A DNA stretch of 64,000 bases from Octopus vulgaris (GCA_951406725.2 OX597832.1:16058001-16122000); one strand, 5' to 3'; numbered from the stretch's first letter, positions 1 through 13,729 are shown. Made by a program: numbers and translations. Notes: generated by a model from the sequence alone, not told the origin.

Positions 1-592
1 CAAAATGGCTGACGACTAGTATCGTACTTGAAACTCGGGTGTGCCAATGAATTTGAATCAAAGTGTTTTGGTACATCCATATATATATAAAATAATAATA
101 TGTATAAGCATATAATATATAATGAACTTAAATTCATAATATATAACATGTGTATGTGTATGTGCCTGTCTGTCCGTAACTGTGAGTGAGTGTGTAACCT
201 TTAACCCTATAAGTTTAAGGCAATTAATTAATTTTGACTGGGTTTTCCATTTTAAGTTATGTTTTAAGTGCTTGAGTTTTGAAGCATGTAGAAATTAGAT
301 GATCAATCATAGCTAACATTAATACACACCATAGAAGACTACAATGATTTGGAAGTATGACTGATTATTCCTTAAGATATTTCGGTCACTTTATCATTGA
401 AATAATAACCGGTGTGACTAATTATTATCCCTCAAACATTCGTTTATTGTTAAATATTCACCAATTTAGCTCTTGACACTTGAAAACATCAAAACTGATT
501 GATATAGGTATCACTAGTAAAAATTGCATCGATTTATTTCAAGTATCAATGCTGCAACTTTGGTCAAATATTCTAGAATTATTTCCTGACAG

Positions 593-656
593 ATTTTCAG
601 TCAAGTAATTTAGCTAAAGCTACTTCGCATTCGCAAACATGGGATGAGCTTTGGTG
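593..656 (+). CDS. Candidate coding exon 1 of an unidentified host gene (FQSSNLAKATSHSQTWDELWW)
   Basis: Acceptor tttcctgacAG (591-592; an in-frame alternative ttttcAG at 599-600), donor tg|GTaaga at 657; open frame, phase-compatible with the exon at 884. Confidence 0.45.
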
Positions 657-883
657 GTAAGACCATGACAGAGCTCACGAATGAAAACTATGCTAACGTC
701 AGAATGGATTCAAGATGATGGTGCGAGTATCAAGTCTCGGTAAATATTCTACCATAATCACACACACACACAAAATAATCTAAGGATTCACCACGTTGTT
801 GTTGGCAACTGATGTTTTGAATAGTTTCTAACTTGCATATACATCATGGCTAGCTATTCATTTGTGGTAATATATTTCTACAG

Positions 884-930
884 GTTATATCATCATTATG
901 GTCATGTTCAAGATGGAACCGATGATGAAG
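884..930 (+). CDS. Candidate coding exon 2 (LYHHYGHVQDGTDDE)
   Basis: Acceptor atttctacAG, donor aag|GTgaat; 47 bp, phase 2 in and phase 1 out, matching both neighbours. Confidence 0.45.
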
Positions 931-1017
931 GTGAATAATAATCATTATTTTAACGGATTATAATTTTGGTATCAACCGCAATTATTGTATTGGGAGGAGT
1001 ATAACCACTTTTCTTAG

Positions 1018-1142
1018 GTCCCGTGGTTTCAGAGCTAATTCAGTATATCGCCCAAGAAGCAATGACTTGGGCAGAGATTGAAGACAAGTCAAGTCGTTCT
1101 TCTCCAAATTCTCTGATTTGCCTTCCAAATTGCACACAATAA
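1018..1142 (+). CDS. Candidate coding exon 3 (GPVVSELIQYIAQEAMTWAEIEDKSSRSSPNSLICLPNCTQ*)
   Basis: Acceptor cacttttcttAG after an 87-bp intron; frame open to TAA at 1140-1142 (an earlier cryptic donor cannot be excluded). Confidence 0.4.
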
Positions 1143-1354
1143 CACTGACTCTTGCGTTCTAATAATGTTAACATGAATTATTGTACAACGTTTTGTTGTC
1201 AATCATATATAATCCAAGATTTTCTTGTGTACCAACCTTCCTATGACAATATCTAAAAATATATAACTACGAGAGATAGACCTTGTTAGCAGCTTAGAAA
1301 TCTCAGATTCCACCATATCGGCTTACTCTACGATATTTAATGATTTCTTTTACA

Positions 1355-1685
1355 GGTATAGTTCAGTAGCTAGACGTTTGGTTTAAAATCATAGGGAGGG
1401 TCTTCGATCCCATGATCGCGATCTGTTCTTGAACAAGTCATTTTATTTCACGTTGCTCCAGTTCACTCATCTGTAGTAATGAGCGGCGCCACCAAAGGTG
1501 CAAACTGAATCGTCCTTTTCCATTTCCTTTGGATGGCGTGGATGGTGTGGAAAGGAGAGTCTGATATACTTGTATGCATGGGTTATTGCTTGTCTTCCGT
1601 AAGTAACATTACCGAACTTGTACTTCGGTGGGGGAATTTCTAAGTGGTATCGCATGCCCATTCATGACCGAAGGGGGTTTTTTTG
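1355..1685 (+). mobile_element. Degenerate tRNA-derived SINE
   Basis: Decayed A/B-box head (gttcagtagctag...ttcgatccc) and central block tttcacgttgctccagttcactca shared with copies at 2170 and 62815 (reverse). Confidence 0.6.
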
Positions 1686-1799
1686 TTTCATTTATATACT
1701 CACCAAATGAATGCAAACATTTCAGCATCAGTAAAATTGTTAAATGAATGCAAATTTTGTTAATATACAAGGACACATAACGCCTTTAAGCAATGTGTA

Positions 1800-2150
1800 T
1801 GCCGGGATAAATGCTTATTGGTATTATGCCCGTCTTTTCCCTGCTGAGTTCTAATTCGACCGAGGTCGACTTTACCTTTCATCCTTTCGGGGTCGATTAA
1901 ATCAGTACCAGTTACGCACTGGGGTCGATATAATCGACTTAATTCGTTTGTCTGTCCTTGTTTGTCCTCTCTGTGTTTAGCCCCTCGTGGGTAGTAAAGA
2001 AATAGGTATTATGCCCGTCTTTTCCCTGCTGAGTTCTAATTTCGCCGAGGTCGACTTTCTTACGGCATCGTTAAATTACCATCAGAGCTCTGGGAACGAT
2101 ACAATCGATTTACCCCTCCCCCGAAATTGCTGGTCCGTACCATAATTTCA
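1800..2150 (+). mobile_element. Dimeric tRNA-derived SINE with a Meta-domain-like central block
   Basis: gaggtcgactttacctttcatcctttcggggtcgattaaatcagtacc block, also at 32255-32839 and 35064-35590; exact 37-bp direct repeat at 1820-1856 and 2005-2041. Confidence 0.8.
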
Positions 2151-2169
2151 GTCTAGTTTATTAGTTTCT

Positions 2170-2350
2170 GTGGAAGCGTGTGGTTTAGTGGTTATGGTGT
2201 CAGCATTGTGATCGTAAGATTGTGGTTTCGATTCATGTACCGGGTGACGCGTTGTGTTCTTGCGCAAAACACTTCAGTTCACGTTGCTCCAGTCCACCCA
2301 GCTGGAAAAAGTGAATAATGCTGCGAATAATCCAGCTTGGTAACACATAC
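2170..2350 (+). mobile_element. 5' part of a tRNA-derived SINE
   Basis: A box gtggtttagtgg, B box ggtttcgattc, then gttgtgttcttgcgcaaaacac and ttcacgttgctccagtccacccagctgg; homologous to the reverse complement of 62815-62940. Confidence 0.75.
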
Positions 2351-2354
2351 GCCA

Positions 2355-2795
2355 AGGGGGAGCCTACCTGCAAGATTCTTGGTCTCAAGCATGTGTCTTA
2401 TGAAGAATGGCTGAAGAAGCTCTACCTTTATTCTCTCAAAAAACGACGACGCCGCGGTGATCTCATTCTCACTCACAACATCATAAGCGGAAAGTGTAAC
2501 CTCTCGAAACCTGCTCCAGAGCGTGGGCTGCGGGGTCACTCCGAAAATCTCTGTCTACGACGATTTCATGTCAGTTAAAGGAGAGGGGCCTTTCCCGTCC
2601 GGGTTACGAATCCGTGGAATAAGTTGCCGGATGAGATATTGAAGATGCCGACGACCGTTCGGTTCAAAGTATGTCTTGACCAGAAATGGCCTGAACACTT
2701 TGTATTACCACCCTCTCTGTACATAACTCCATGTCCTCCTACATTTCCTTGCTTTTGCTTTTTGAGCCAATAAAAAATTGAATTGAATTGAAAAA
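2355..2795 (+). mobile_element. 3' end of a CR1-clade LINE (ORF2 C-terminus and tail)
   Basis: Translates to GLKHVSYEEWLKKLYLYSLKKRRRRGDLILTHNIISG, RGHSENL and GAFPVRVTNPWNKLPDE...FKVCLD, typical CR1 ORF2 C-terminal motifs; ends in aataaaaa and (aattg)n. Confidence 0.85.
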
Positions 2796-3452
2796 AATAT
2801 ATATATGCCAAGCAGATGTAAGCAATTTTAGAGCTTAAGAGTATATTATATTACGTTATTGACATTTGTTTAGAGCAAAATATATTCAGAATATACATTT
2901 CAGATTCAATGATATTTTGAAAATATCGCCTGAAAATCCTATGCTTTGACCTCTCGAACTTTTGACTTTGGAACTTCGGTTGATATAGCTATATGTAAAG
3001 CATTGACTGATAAACATTCAGATTATGAATATGCCATAAAATCGATTTTACCTGACGTCGTATTGAGATGCTTCCTGCGAAAAGTAAAGTGGATCCTATA
3101 AATGGACTCGGATTATATTTACGACCAAGATGTAAGTGTTGTGAAATTTTAGGGTGCGTGTCATCATTAATATACCCTCTCATACAAACACACATAGAGA
3201 GAGAGTGAGAGTGAAGGAGGGTGAGCGTGATAGATATAGAGAAAGAGAGACAGGCAGAAAAAGGGATTCCTTTAGTAGGCTCCACAGATTTAGTCCCCAC
3301 TAATGATTTCGGAGTGTAAGATAAAAGTATTTCAGCGCTGTTTAATATTTTCTATATTGAGCTTCTCTAAATTTCATCTGCTGACTCCCGTTCTCTCCCT
3401 CTCTCCCTCTCGTTCCATATATCTCTCTCTCTTTCTCAGTCTTCTGTCTCTC

Positions 3453-3521
<69 letters not shown>

Positions 3522-5136
3522 GTGTCTGTGTACACGAAGAGAGCGCGCAACAGAGACAGCAAAAGTTGTGAGACAAGATTTTAATTTTTTTTTTTATTTC
3601 TACAGTTAGAGAGAGTAAGAAATGAAAATAAGCTAACGCTAGCTAGCACATGGCTGAGAAGAATGACCTCCTTGGGTTTGCTGCATGCATTATATGTTAG
3701 AAAGCTTTTTTTTTCATCCTACAACACTTCATCAGAATATTTATTCATTTGTGACTTCTGACTATGTTTGCATATATTTCCATGTAATCTTGTTACATTA
3801 TCATAATTACTATACCTATTATTTCGAGATACACTTTATATATATTTCATGATCATATATATTTCATGATCAATCCGCTCTCTCAAGTCCCTAACATATT
3901 TTGCTTCGGTTAAAAGATGGTGGACCGTGTTTTTAACCTTTTATTAGATCATCATGTTTTACATAAATCATCCAGACATTTGTCGACGTTAGAATACTGG
4001 GCTAGCATATGTCATTTTACAATAATCATCAATTAGGCGTATCTTGTTTCTGAATCAATACATGTATAGCTATATATTATATAGCGGAATATCTTAGCAT
4101 TTAGGAAGGTGTTGCTTTCAAACAGGTGTTCAGGCTTCCTAGAATAACTTTTGTTTAATTTTACATATTACTCGTACCTGATTATCATTCAAAATAAAAT
4201 TTCTCGAATAATTTTTGTCAGATTTGACACCAATTTATATTTGTTATTCAAGTGTTCTATATCAATTCTCTTTGATTTCGGTGCATTCTATAGGTCTTCA
4301 TTATTCATACATTATTATACATTCTTTATAAATGTAAGACAGTTTTAATTACTTAGAGCATTTCGTATACGCATTGACATGCGCATATTTATATTTCTGA
4401 AAATGTATGAATATGTATTGTGACATTCTATGCATTCAAATGCATATACGTTGCAGTAATAGAAGAAATAATTGTATCTTTTACGTGCACTTACATTTCT
4501 AAAATAAATTGATAAATTCAAATTAATTTGCTCTAACGGTAGAAACTTGTTTCATGATTAAGAAAGAAATTGGGTCGCGTCCAGCTGCCCATCCATACTT
4601 CCTACCAAAATAGATTTGAAGATTTATATTTCCACGAAATTTTTTTCTCTGAATCAAGTTAAGGATTAGAAACGAATTAATTAATTAGAGTCTATCTTTT
4701 AAAATAATAATGGAAGCATAAACTTGAGCATAAAAAATGTTAGTATAATTTAGGCTATAAAATTTTATTCCAATGTCTTTCCTTATATTTATTACATGCA
4801 AATAATTCCTTATGCAAATTTCAAGTCGTGTGTGCATTAACGGATGTTGATATTCGTCATTGGTCACAATGCAATTCGCACAGCTCTAGATTTCAAATCA
4901 AACGCCGCCACTGTCTACACAAGCAAGAAGACATTTGATCTGAATGGGAGGCTAGTCGATCATACGTTTACTTGTTTATTGTTGTGTGCACTGGATTTTA
5001 TTCCTCAATGAAACCACACCCCGACGGTCTGTCAAAGAAGCCCAAAATGTAGCGATCTTCAGTGCAACATGCTAACAATTGGCCATTCACCTACACATAT
5101 ATATAGATATGAATACATACAAAAACTTCTCTCTAC

Positions 5137-5195
<59 letters not shown>

Positions 5196-5203
5196 TCTGC
5201 ATG

Positions 5204-5234
<31 letters not shown>

Positions 5235-5364
5235 GAGTTGGTGTCTCTGGAGAGAAAAATTTTCTTGTAGTACCTCACTATTTAACACATTCACTAGTAA
5301 ACTTTCCACTCATTTACAAGAAACGTTCATGTACATATAACTATGCATACATATATGTATTTCG

Positions 5365-5753
5365 TTTTTACTCTTTTACTTGTTTCATTCATTTGACTGT
5401 GGCCATGCTGGAGCGCGTCCTTTAGTCGACGAAATTGATGCCATGACTAATTCTTTGTAAGACTGGTACGTATTCTATCGGTTTCTTTTGCCAAACCGCT
5501 ATGTTACGGGCGCGTAAACACACCAGCATCGGTTTTCTAGCTACGGGGACAAACGAAAACACACAAACATATAGACACTCATACAAATATAAACATATAT
5601 ACGACGGGCTTCATTTAGTTTCCGTCTTACAAGGCTTTGGTCTGTCCGAGGCTATATTAGAAGACACCTGCCCAATGTACTGCGGAGTTGGAATGGACAC
5701 GGAACCATGTGCCTGGTAAGGAAGCTACTTACTACACAGTCACTCCTACGCCT
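5365..5753 (-). mobile_element. Full-length tRNA-derived SINE with internal TA/CA tract and (gtaaaaga)n tail
   Basis: Colinear with 44690-45141 and 7185-7346; head aggcgtaggagtgactgtgtagtaagtag, tail ctccagcatggccacagtcaaatgaatgaaacaagtaaaagagtaaaaa. Confidence 0.85.
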
Positions 5754-6062
5754 GTGAACATAAATATATACATATATCTATCTATATATACATGCATATA
5801 TACGCACACGCGTGCACCCAGGGCAACATACATGCACAGACACAGACATATAACGTTTAAAATCGTGGCTCTTATCAAATTAATAGTCTTACTTCAACCG
5901 CTCTGAACTCTGCAAAGTATATAGTGAACAAGTGCAGGAAACAGAAGCTGTCACATAAAAAAATTAAATTTGTAAATATTCTCTCTAATTAAAGTGTTCG
6001 TTACGTTCCATCTAAAACTGTCTCATGGTCATTGCCTAGTAACCTGTAACAAAATATTTGTG

Positions 6063-6123
<61 letters not shown>

Positions 6124-6152
6124 CTGTGTATATATATATATATATATATGTG

Positions 6153-6200
<48 letters not shown>

Positions 6201-6734
6201 TCGTTGCTATTATTTCAATCTGTCGTTTGTTCAAATTCGGCCAAATGTGTTTTCTTCAATATATATTTTTTTCTATCAATAGCCGTTTCGTTTCCTCAAA
6301 TATTTTATTTGCAGCTGCTTCGATTGCCATGATATCAAAAATTTTGAGTGTAGTACAACGGTTTTGATACAGTATGGTGAAACAACTTCTTCGTTTTCTA
6401 AAAGAAGCAACGCTTTGGACTGGCGACACGCTTGGAATATAGCAAAGACTCACACCCACGGGCAAACATCGTATTCTAAAGAATACATTTGCACAACTTT
6501 CTGATTCTCACAACTATATGGAGAGATAAGAAATAATAGGTGTTTCTCGCAAAATATAGCTGTTTACTTCAAATTGTCTGAACAGCTGAGAGCTGGCTTA
6601 AGAAAAAACTCGCCATCTAACGTTGTTTTAATGTAAATATAAATTATATACCTTTATATATTTTATTAATTGTTCTTTTATTAATCAGGTTCTACATGTA
6701 ACTCTTTAATGATGCCGCGTACATAAGAAGTCTT

Positions 6735-7083
6735 GAATTTAGAAGAGGGTATTTTTGTGGGTGATTCTGAAGTTGTAAATACTCAGCATAAAATTGCAGA
6801 AAACCTTGCGATTCCGCTTTCTACAGTTAATAGAGTGACTGTATAATTCACGACAGAGGAACAGGAGTCGACAGCAGTTTGCCCAGATACCCCAGGTCCC
6901 TCTGACAGGACCAAGTGTGGTGGATAATACATTTTGAAAGTTCTCTGACGTCGCAAAACTGTCAGGCATCTCCACAAACATAGTTAGTATGGAAGAGCAG
7001 CTAAAAGGAAGCCACATCTGGCACACTGTCACATTCTTTGATGAGTCCAGGTTTGCTGTATTTCCTGACAGTGATCGAGTGTG
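6735..7083 (+). pseudogene. Tc1-family transposase remnant
   Basis: Frameshifted translation gives HTH QHKIAENLAIPLSTVNRV, YGRAAKRKPHL and the first catalytic-Asp motif WHTVTFFDESRFAVFPDSDRV. Confidence 0.85.
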
Positions 7084-7104
7084 TACACACACACACACAC
7101 ATAC

Positions 7105-7184
<80 letters not shown>

Positions 7185-7186
<2 letters not shown>

Positions 7187-7346
7187 GGGCTTCCTTTAGT
7201 TTCCATCTACTAAATCCACTCACAACGCTTTGGTCAGCCCGAGACAATAGAAGAAGACACTTGCTCAAGGTACTGCGTAGTTGGACTGAACTCGGGACTA
7301 TGTGGTTCGTGAGTAAGCTACTTACCTCACAGTCACTCCTACACCT
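7185..7346 (-). mobile_element. 5' half of the SINE family seen at 5365 and 44690
   Basis: Direct similarity to 5605-5753 and 44985-45141; ends in a (TA)n tract. Confidence 0.8.
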
Positions 7347-7959
7347 TAATTAATTAATTAATGCATTTTTGTTGCCGATGAGACAACATGCAGTATTCGA
7401 ACCTCTCATCTCTTATATACCGAAAATAGCTTGCGATCATAAAATTGTTAAGGGCATTGCGGGTACTTACTAACAATGTAATGCACTTATTTAATCTACT
7501 TTTTTTTTCCAAACCGATACACAGACTATGTATCATAAAATTATTGATATAATTCCTATTGATTATTGATAATGTTTTCATTGTGAATGCTGCAGCTTCG
7601 TATGGTATATTTTTTTTCAAGCCGTTTCAACATGGTATAGTTATTTCTCACTTGTCACTATTCTCCAGTTTATCGATATTTCAAATAATTCACAAATTGT
7701 AAATTTAAACTGTATAATAATGTAGTTGGGTGTGGAGGCAAAATAATAAATAAATTTGATTTTGACATTTTCCAGTTACAACGTATCGACCTGCTATTAT
7801 TATTTCAATAAAAGTTTCCCTATTTAACCTTTCACTAATCAGTTCTATATTGGAAATACACTTTATTTTGTAGCATCTCCGATAAAGTTAATCAATAAAA
7901 TTCTCATAAGCGTCACTTGATGCTGACGAAAACCATCTACAACTCCGTAATCAACAGTA

Positions 7960-9000
<1,041 letters not shown>

Positions 9001-9473
9001 TATGAATGCCGATATTTCATCATCACAGCTGTCATCATGCTCGACCTAAGCACTCCGCATTATCAATACATTCAATATCTAGAATAAAAAAATATATATA
9101 TAGCGAAAGAAGGTAAATAACAGAATTACAGTGATAACAACAATATAACCATCGTCAATATAACAGCAAGCGCTACGGTTTTCTATGTATATTTGTCTGC
9201 CGATCCACGACACACACCAATATGTATGTCCACTGACAAATATGTTTATTGTCAAATCTACATCGACCAACTGTAACAACCTCGCCATTGTGGTCGTCGT
9301 CGTTGTAATCTTCGTCGACATCAACAACAGATTTATCAGCATCATATTCACCACGCTAATATAGAATATCCTACGTATACATCGATATCGATTCGGAAAA
9401 ACAAATCACTTACATATGCATGCATGTATATACATACATATACATATATACACACACACACACGCATATATAT

Positions 9474-9536
<63 letters not shown>

Positions 9537-9549
9537 GGTACACACACAA

Positions 9550-9609
<60 letters not shown>

Positions 9610-10019
9610 TATGTATATAAAAACATACGAATATATGCATGTATATATAAGCATATATTTGCATATATATGTGTATGTTTATATACAAATTTTAACTAAA
9701 TATCAATAGAATGATATTATTTAACCAACAAGAAAACACCGCTTGCAATGTCATTCTTCCACTGCATATAGATGTCTGGATACCTTGATTGATTCTCAAA
9801 TCAGACATAACGAAGTGGGAATGCATTCTTAATAATATGTTTTATTGGCATGTATGAGACATAAAACCTTTGAGTGTGCTTGTATATATAAAATACGTGT
9901 GTGTATGTATTCATCTGTATGTGTGTATTTATTTTCCAAAATACAGACTGCAACAGGGAAAGGGAGACAGGGTATGACTGAGTGGTTAAAGTAATATAAA
10001 CATCTGATAATCTGCACAT

Positions 10020-10407
10020 GTGGAGGCGCAATGACCCAGTGGTTAGGGCAGCGGACTCGCGGTCATAGGATCGCGGTTTCGATTCCCAGACCGGGCGTTG
10101 TGAGTGTTTATTGAGCGAAAACACCTAAAGCTCCACGAGGCTCCGGCAGGGGATGGTGGTAATCCCTGCTGTACTCTTTCACCACAACTTTCTCTCACTC
10201 TTGCTTCCTGTTTCTGTTGTATCTGTATTTCAGGGAGCCGGCCTTGTCACTCTCGGTGTCACGCTGAATATCCCCGAGAACTACGTTAAGGGTGCACGTG
10301 TCTGTGGAGTGCTCAGCCACTTACATGTTGATTTCACGAGCAGGCTGTTTCGTTGATTCGGATCAACCGGAACCCTCACCGTCGTAACCGACGGAGTGCT
10401 TCCATCC
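10020..10407 (+). mobile_element. Young full-length tRNA-derived SINE with an 11-bp target-site duplication
   Basis: A box gacccagtgg, B box ggtttcgattccc; TSD aatctgcacat at 10009-10019 and 10408-10418; 3' half matches 12103-12305 and 62615-62800 (reverse). Confidence 0.9.
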
Positions 10408-10609
10408 AATCTGCACATCCAAGTGGATGCCTTACTTGCATAAACGCATCTGAATTTTCTCCTATAACACCATACACACATATGACTTATGATTATTTAT
10501 TATATTTCTGCTGCCTTGAAAAATAGATCAAAATAATATTGCCATAAATCATGTTTTCTCATCAAAATAGATAGATAGATAGATAGATTGATTGATGGAT
10601 AGAGATGCA

Positions 10610-10790
10610 TATTTTTTCTCTCTTTTTTTCTTTCCTTGTTTCTCTCTTTCTTTTCTGTGTCCCTTTCAGCTGAAGAGCGTAGGCTCGAAACGTAAAATAC
10701 TTTTTCTATTCCTGAGCGTTATACTAATACATCTGTTTGTTTCGTACACCACATGTCTTCGTCTTTTGCTGTTTTCTTTTCGTAAAATAT

Positions 10791-10793
<3 letters not shown>
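10610..10793 (+). mobile_element. Penelope-like 3'-terminal (pLTR) fragment with hammerhead-like motif, family A copy 1
   Basis: Homologous to 46285-46499 and 54256-54462 (reverse); contains tgaagagcgtaggctcgaaacgta; 3' end abuts (TA)n. Confidence 0.7.
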
Positions 10794-10857
<64 letters not shown>

Positions 10858-11503
10858 TGCACACACGAATATTCTTCTCCATGTAAATATAAAACATATT
10901 TCTTCTTTTCACTCATTTGTTTTTAAACACATACACATAAATAAATACATACTTGCTAATAACTCATCAGATATTTGCTGAACAGCATCACAATTTCACC
11001 TAATTATAAACATCTGATAATCTGCACATCCTAGTGGATGCCTTACTTTCATATTGTTTTTTGTTTTTTTGTTTTTTTTATTTTCTCAGCGTTAATAACG
11101 ATCGCTATTGAAACGAGAGCACGACGTAAAAGTCGTTGATGTAAATATAAACACCGAGAAGCAAACACTGAACACGGAGCAAGAGACGATTGGAACCAAA
11201 ACATCTCTATGTATATAAATATATACATAGAGATAAATTCTCTTTAGAGTATGAGGCAGCATAAGATAATATATGTGATTTTATATAGTAAAGATACTCT
11301 GTAATGGAATTGTTGGTTACGTTGATCGTAAAACTATGTTTCCAGATCTTTTTGTAGTAACCTGTCAGAAAATGCTTGCATATATATATGCACTATTAAT
11401 AACACACCCACACACACATTTATATATGTATACGCATCCAAATACATAAAGTAAACGCGCAAACCCTCCATGTACATACACATGCACACACATATATATA
11501 TGT

Positions 11504-11554
<51 letters not shown>

Positions 11555-11769
11555 TATATATATACATATATATATATATGTGTGTGTGTATGCATATCTA
11601 TATATATATGTAAGTGTGTGTGTTGTGTGTAGAAGTTGTTGTGTGCTTGTTCAGGTGGTGTGTGCACATATATATGTGTACGGGTGTGTCTGTGATAAAA
11701 TCGTGTGTATGTGTATAGTGTATGTTTGTGATTGAAAGTTACCTTTATCTATGCGTGTTTGTAGATGGA

Positions 11770-12102
11770 AGGATGCAGTGGAATATTGGAAGTTTGGGAC
11801 ATGAATCATAGGAGGAGAGGTGGTCAGTTGAGCCTATATGCCGTAAAGGAACAAGGAAAAATAGTTATATCTGTTCAAGGCGAAGACGGGAGGCAGAGAG
11901 GCCCTTGTGCAGAGACGGTTCGAACACAGTCCAATAGAGCGGAAGTGGCATGAGACCAGGGTTTTATTGTTGAGTCTGATATCCCGCAGGTGCTCCGCCA
12001 AGCGTTCAGCCAAACGGTGTTCCTGTTCGATCAATGTACAAGGAAGGAAAGAGAGAGCAGAAGATGCAGTAAATAACATTACTAGCAGTGCAGGTAAAGA
12101 TG
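11770..12102 (-). pseudogene. Penelope-like GIY-YIG endonuclease remnant (Neptune-like)
   Basis: FTCTASNVIYCIFCSLFPSLYID, then after a frameshift RLAERLAEHLRDIRLNNKTLVSCHFRSIG; fits FTCxSxNVIYxIxC..YIG..RF.EH..HF. Confidence 0.8.
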
Positions 12103-12305
12103 CAGGAGCAATCCGTCGGTTACGACGACAAGGGTCACAGCTGATACGACCAACGGAAGGGCTTGCTCATGAAATTGATGTGGAAGTGGCTGAGCAATCC
12201 ACAAACACATGTGCCCTTAACGTAGTTCTCGGGGAGATTCAGCCTGACACAGTGTGTAAAAGGGCTGCCCATTTGAAATACAATTACTACTCACTTTTGT
12301 CAGTT
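12103..12305 (-). mobile_element. 3' half of the SINE family seen at 10020 and 62615
   Basis: ggagcaatccgtcggttacgacgac...cccttaacgtagttctcggggagattcagc is nearly colinear with 62615-62800. Confidence 0.85.
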
Positions 12306-12322
12306 ACATATATATAATATAT

Positions 12323-12380
<58 letters not shown>

Positions 12381-12383
<3 letters not shown>

Positions 12384-12460
12384 CTAATTTCCACATCCAC
12401 ATTCTCCGAAAAAATGATAGTATTTTTATAATCATCAATTTTCGGAGGATGTGGATGTGG
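12381..12460. repeat. Short hairpin insert between (TA)n tracts
   Basis: aatttccacatccacattctccgaaaa ... ttttcggaggatgtggatgtggaaatt inverted arms; related sequence recurs at 12610-12667. Confidence 0.75.
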
Positions 12461-12484
12461 AAATTATAATATATATATATATAT

Positions 12485-12612
<128 letters not shown>

Positions 12613-13218
12613 CTAATTTGAACATCCACATTCTCCGGAAAATGATATTATAAAAATACTATCATTGCAGATATCCAGTGTTTTTGTTAGACAATTGGGT
12701 TTATCAATTCAAAACATTTCTTTTTTATGTTTAGGATATAAAGATAAATATAAAATCTAATTTGTGTGCATAGAGTTTCGATGTTTATTGTTTTTTAACG
12801 TACTTTGATTGCTGAGAAATTATGTTGCTTAGAAACCAGCAATATTATCTCTATATCTCTGCACAGAATTGTATTCCTTCCATAAGATATCACACAAAAT
12901 CACACAGTGGCTCGTAGACGAGCACATATATGCATATAGCCATATGTGTGCATACGTACATATATACATATGTATGTATGTATATATGGATGATATGTAT
13001 GTATTGCGCCTGATGGCAAGTCGATTTACAGTACTTGTACACACACACACACACACACATGTATGTGTGTGTGCTTGGGTGTGTATATCTACATCTCTCT
13101 CTCTCTCTCTCTTTAAATATATCTATATATATATATGTGTGTGTGTGATTGTGTGTGTGTGTGCGTGTATGTGTATATATATATATATATATACATAAAT
13201 ATACATATGTATATATAT

Positions 13219-13310
<92 letters not shown>

Positions 13311-13317
<7 letters not shown>

Positions 13318-13674
13318 ATTCGAGACAAAACCACTATTTTAAAACCAAACAAGGAAAGACTTAATCAATACATAAAATTTTAATATAAATTAAATAAACC
13401 GCCACTACAATTGTTTCATGTCTGCTACCGACAATTTGATACTGATTAGGAGATCGAAAATCCACCTGAAGATTGTCGGTAGCAGACATGAAACAATTGT
13501 AGTGGCGGTTTATTTAATTTATATTAAAATTTTATGTATTGATTAAGTCTTTCCTTGTTTGGTTTTAAGATAGTGGTTCTGTCTCGAATTATATTATATA
13601 ATATTTTACTATAAAATTGGATTTAACCCTAAATCTGATTTTTCCCTATAATTTTGGATTCATTCCCTAATATT

Positions 13675-13678
<4 letters not shown>
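13311..13678 (+). mobile_element. Fold-back pLTR-like insert in (TA)n (125-bp inverted arms)
   Basis: Arms 13311-13435 and 13472-13596 differ at about 2 positions; 36-bp spacer; (TA)n on both sides. Confidence 0.8.
13462..13505 (+). ncRNA. Minimal type-I hammerhead ribozyme motif
   Basis: ccac CTGAAGA t-tgtc(ggtagca)gaca-t GAAA caattg TA gtgg: stem I ccac/gtgg, canonical core, palindromic stem III, GUA cleavage triplet. Confidence 0.75.

Positions 13679-13729
<51 letters not shown>

Noticed and set aside
672-739. Alternative exon ending SEWIQDDGASIKSR with donor gtaaat
   Set aside because: No polypyrimidine acceptor and an upstream in-frame stop; the 593-656 exon fits better
10020-10095. 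tRNA gene
   Set aside because: A and B boxes are present but it continues into a SINE body with tail and TSD; it is a tRNA-derived head, not a functional tRNA
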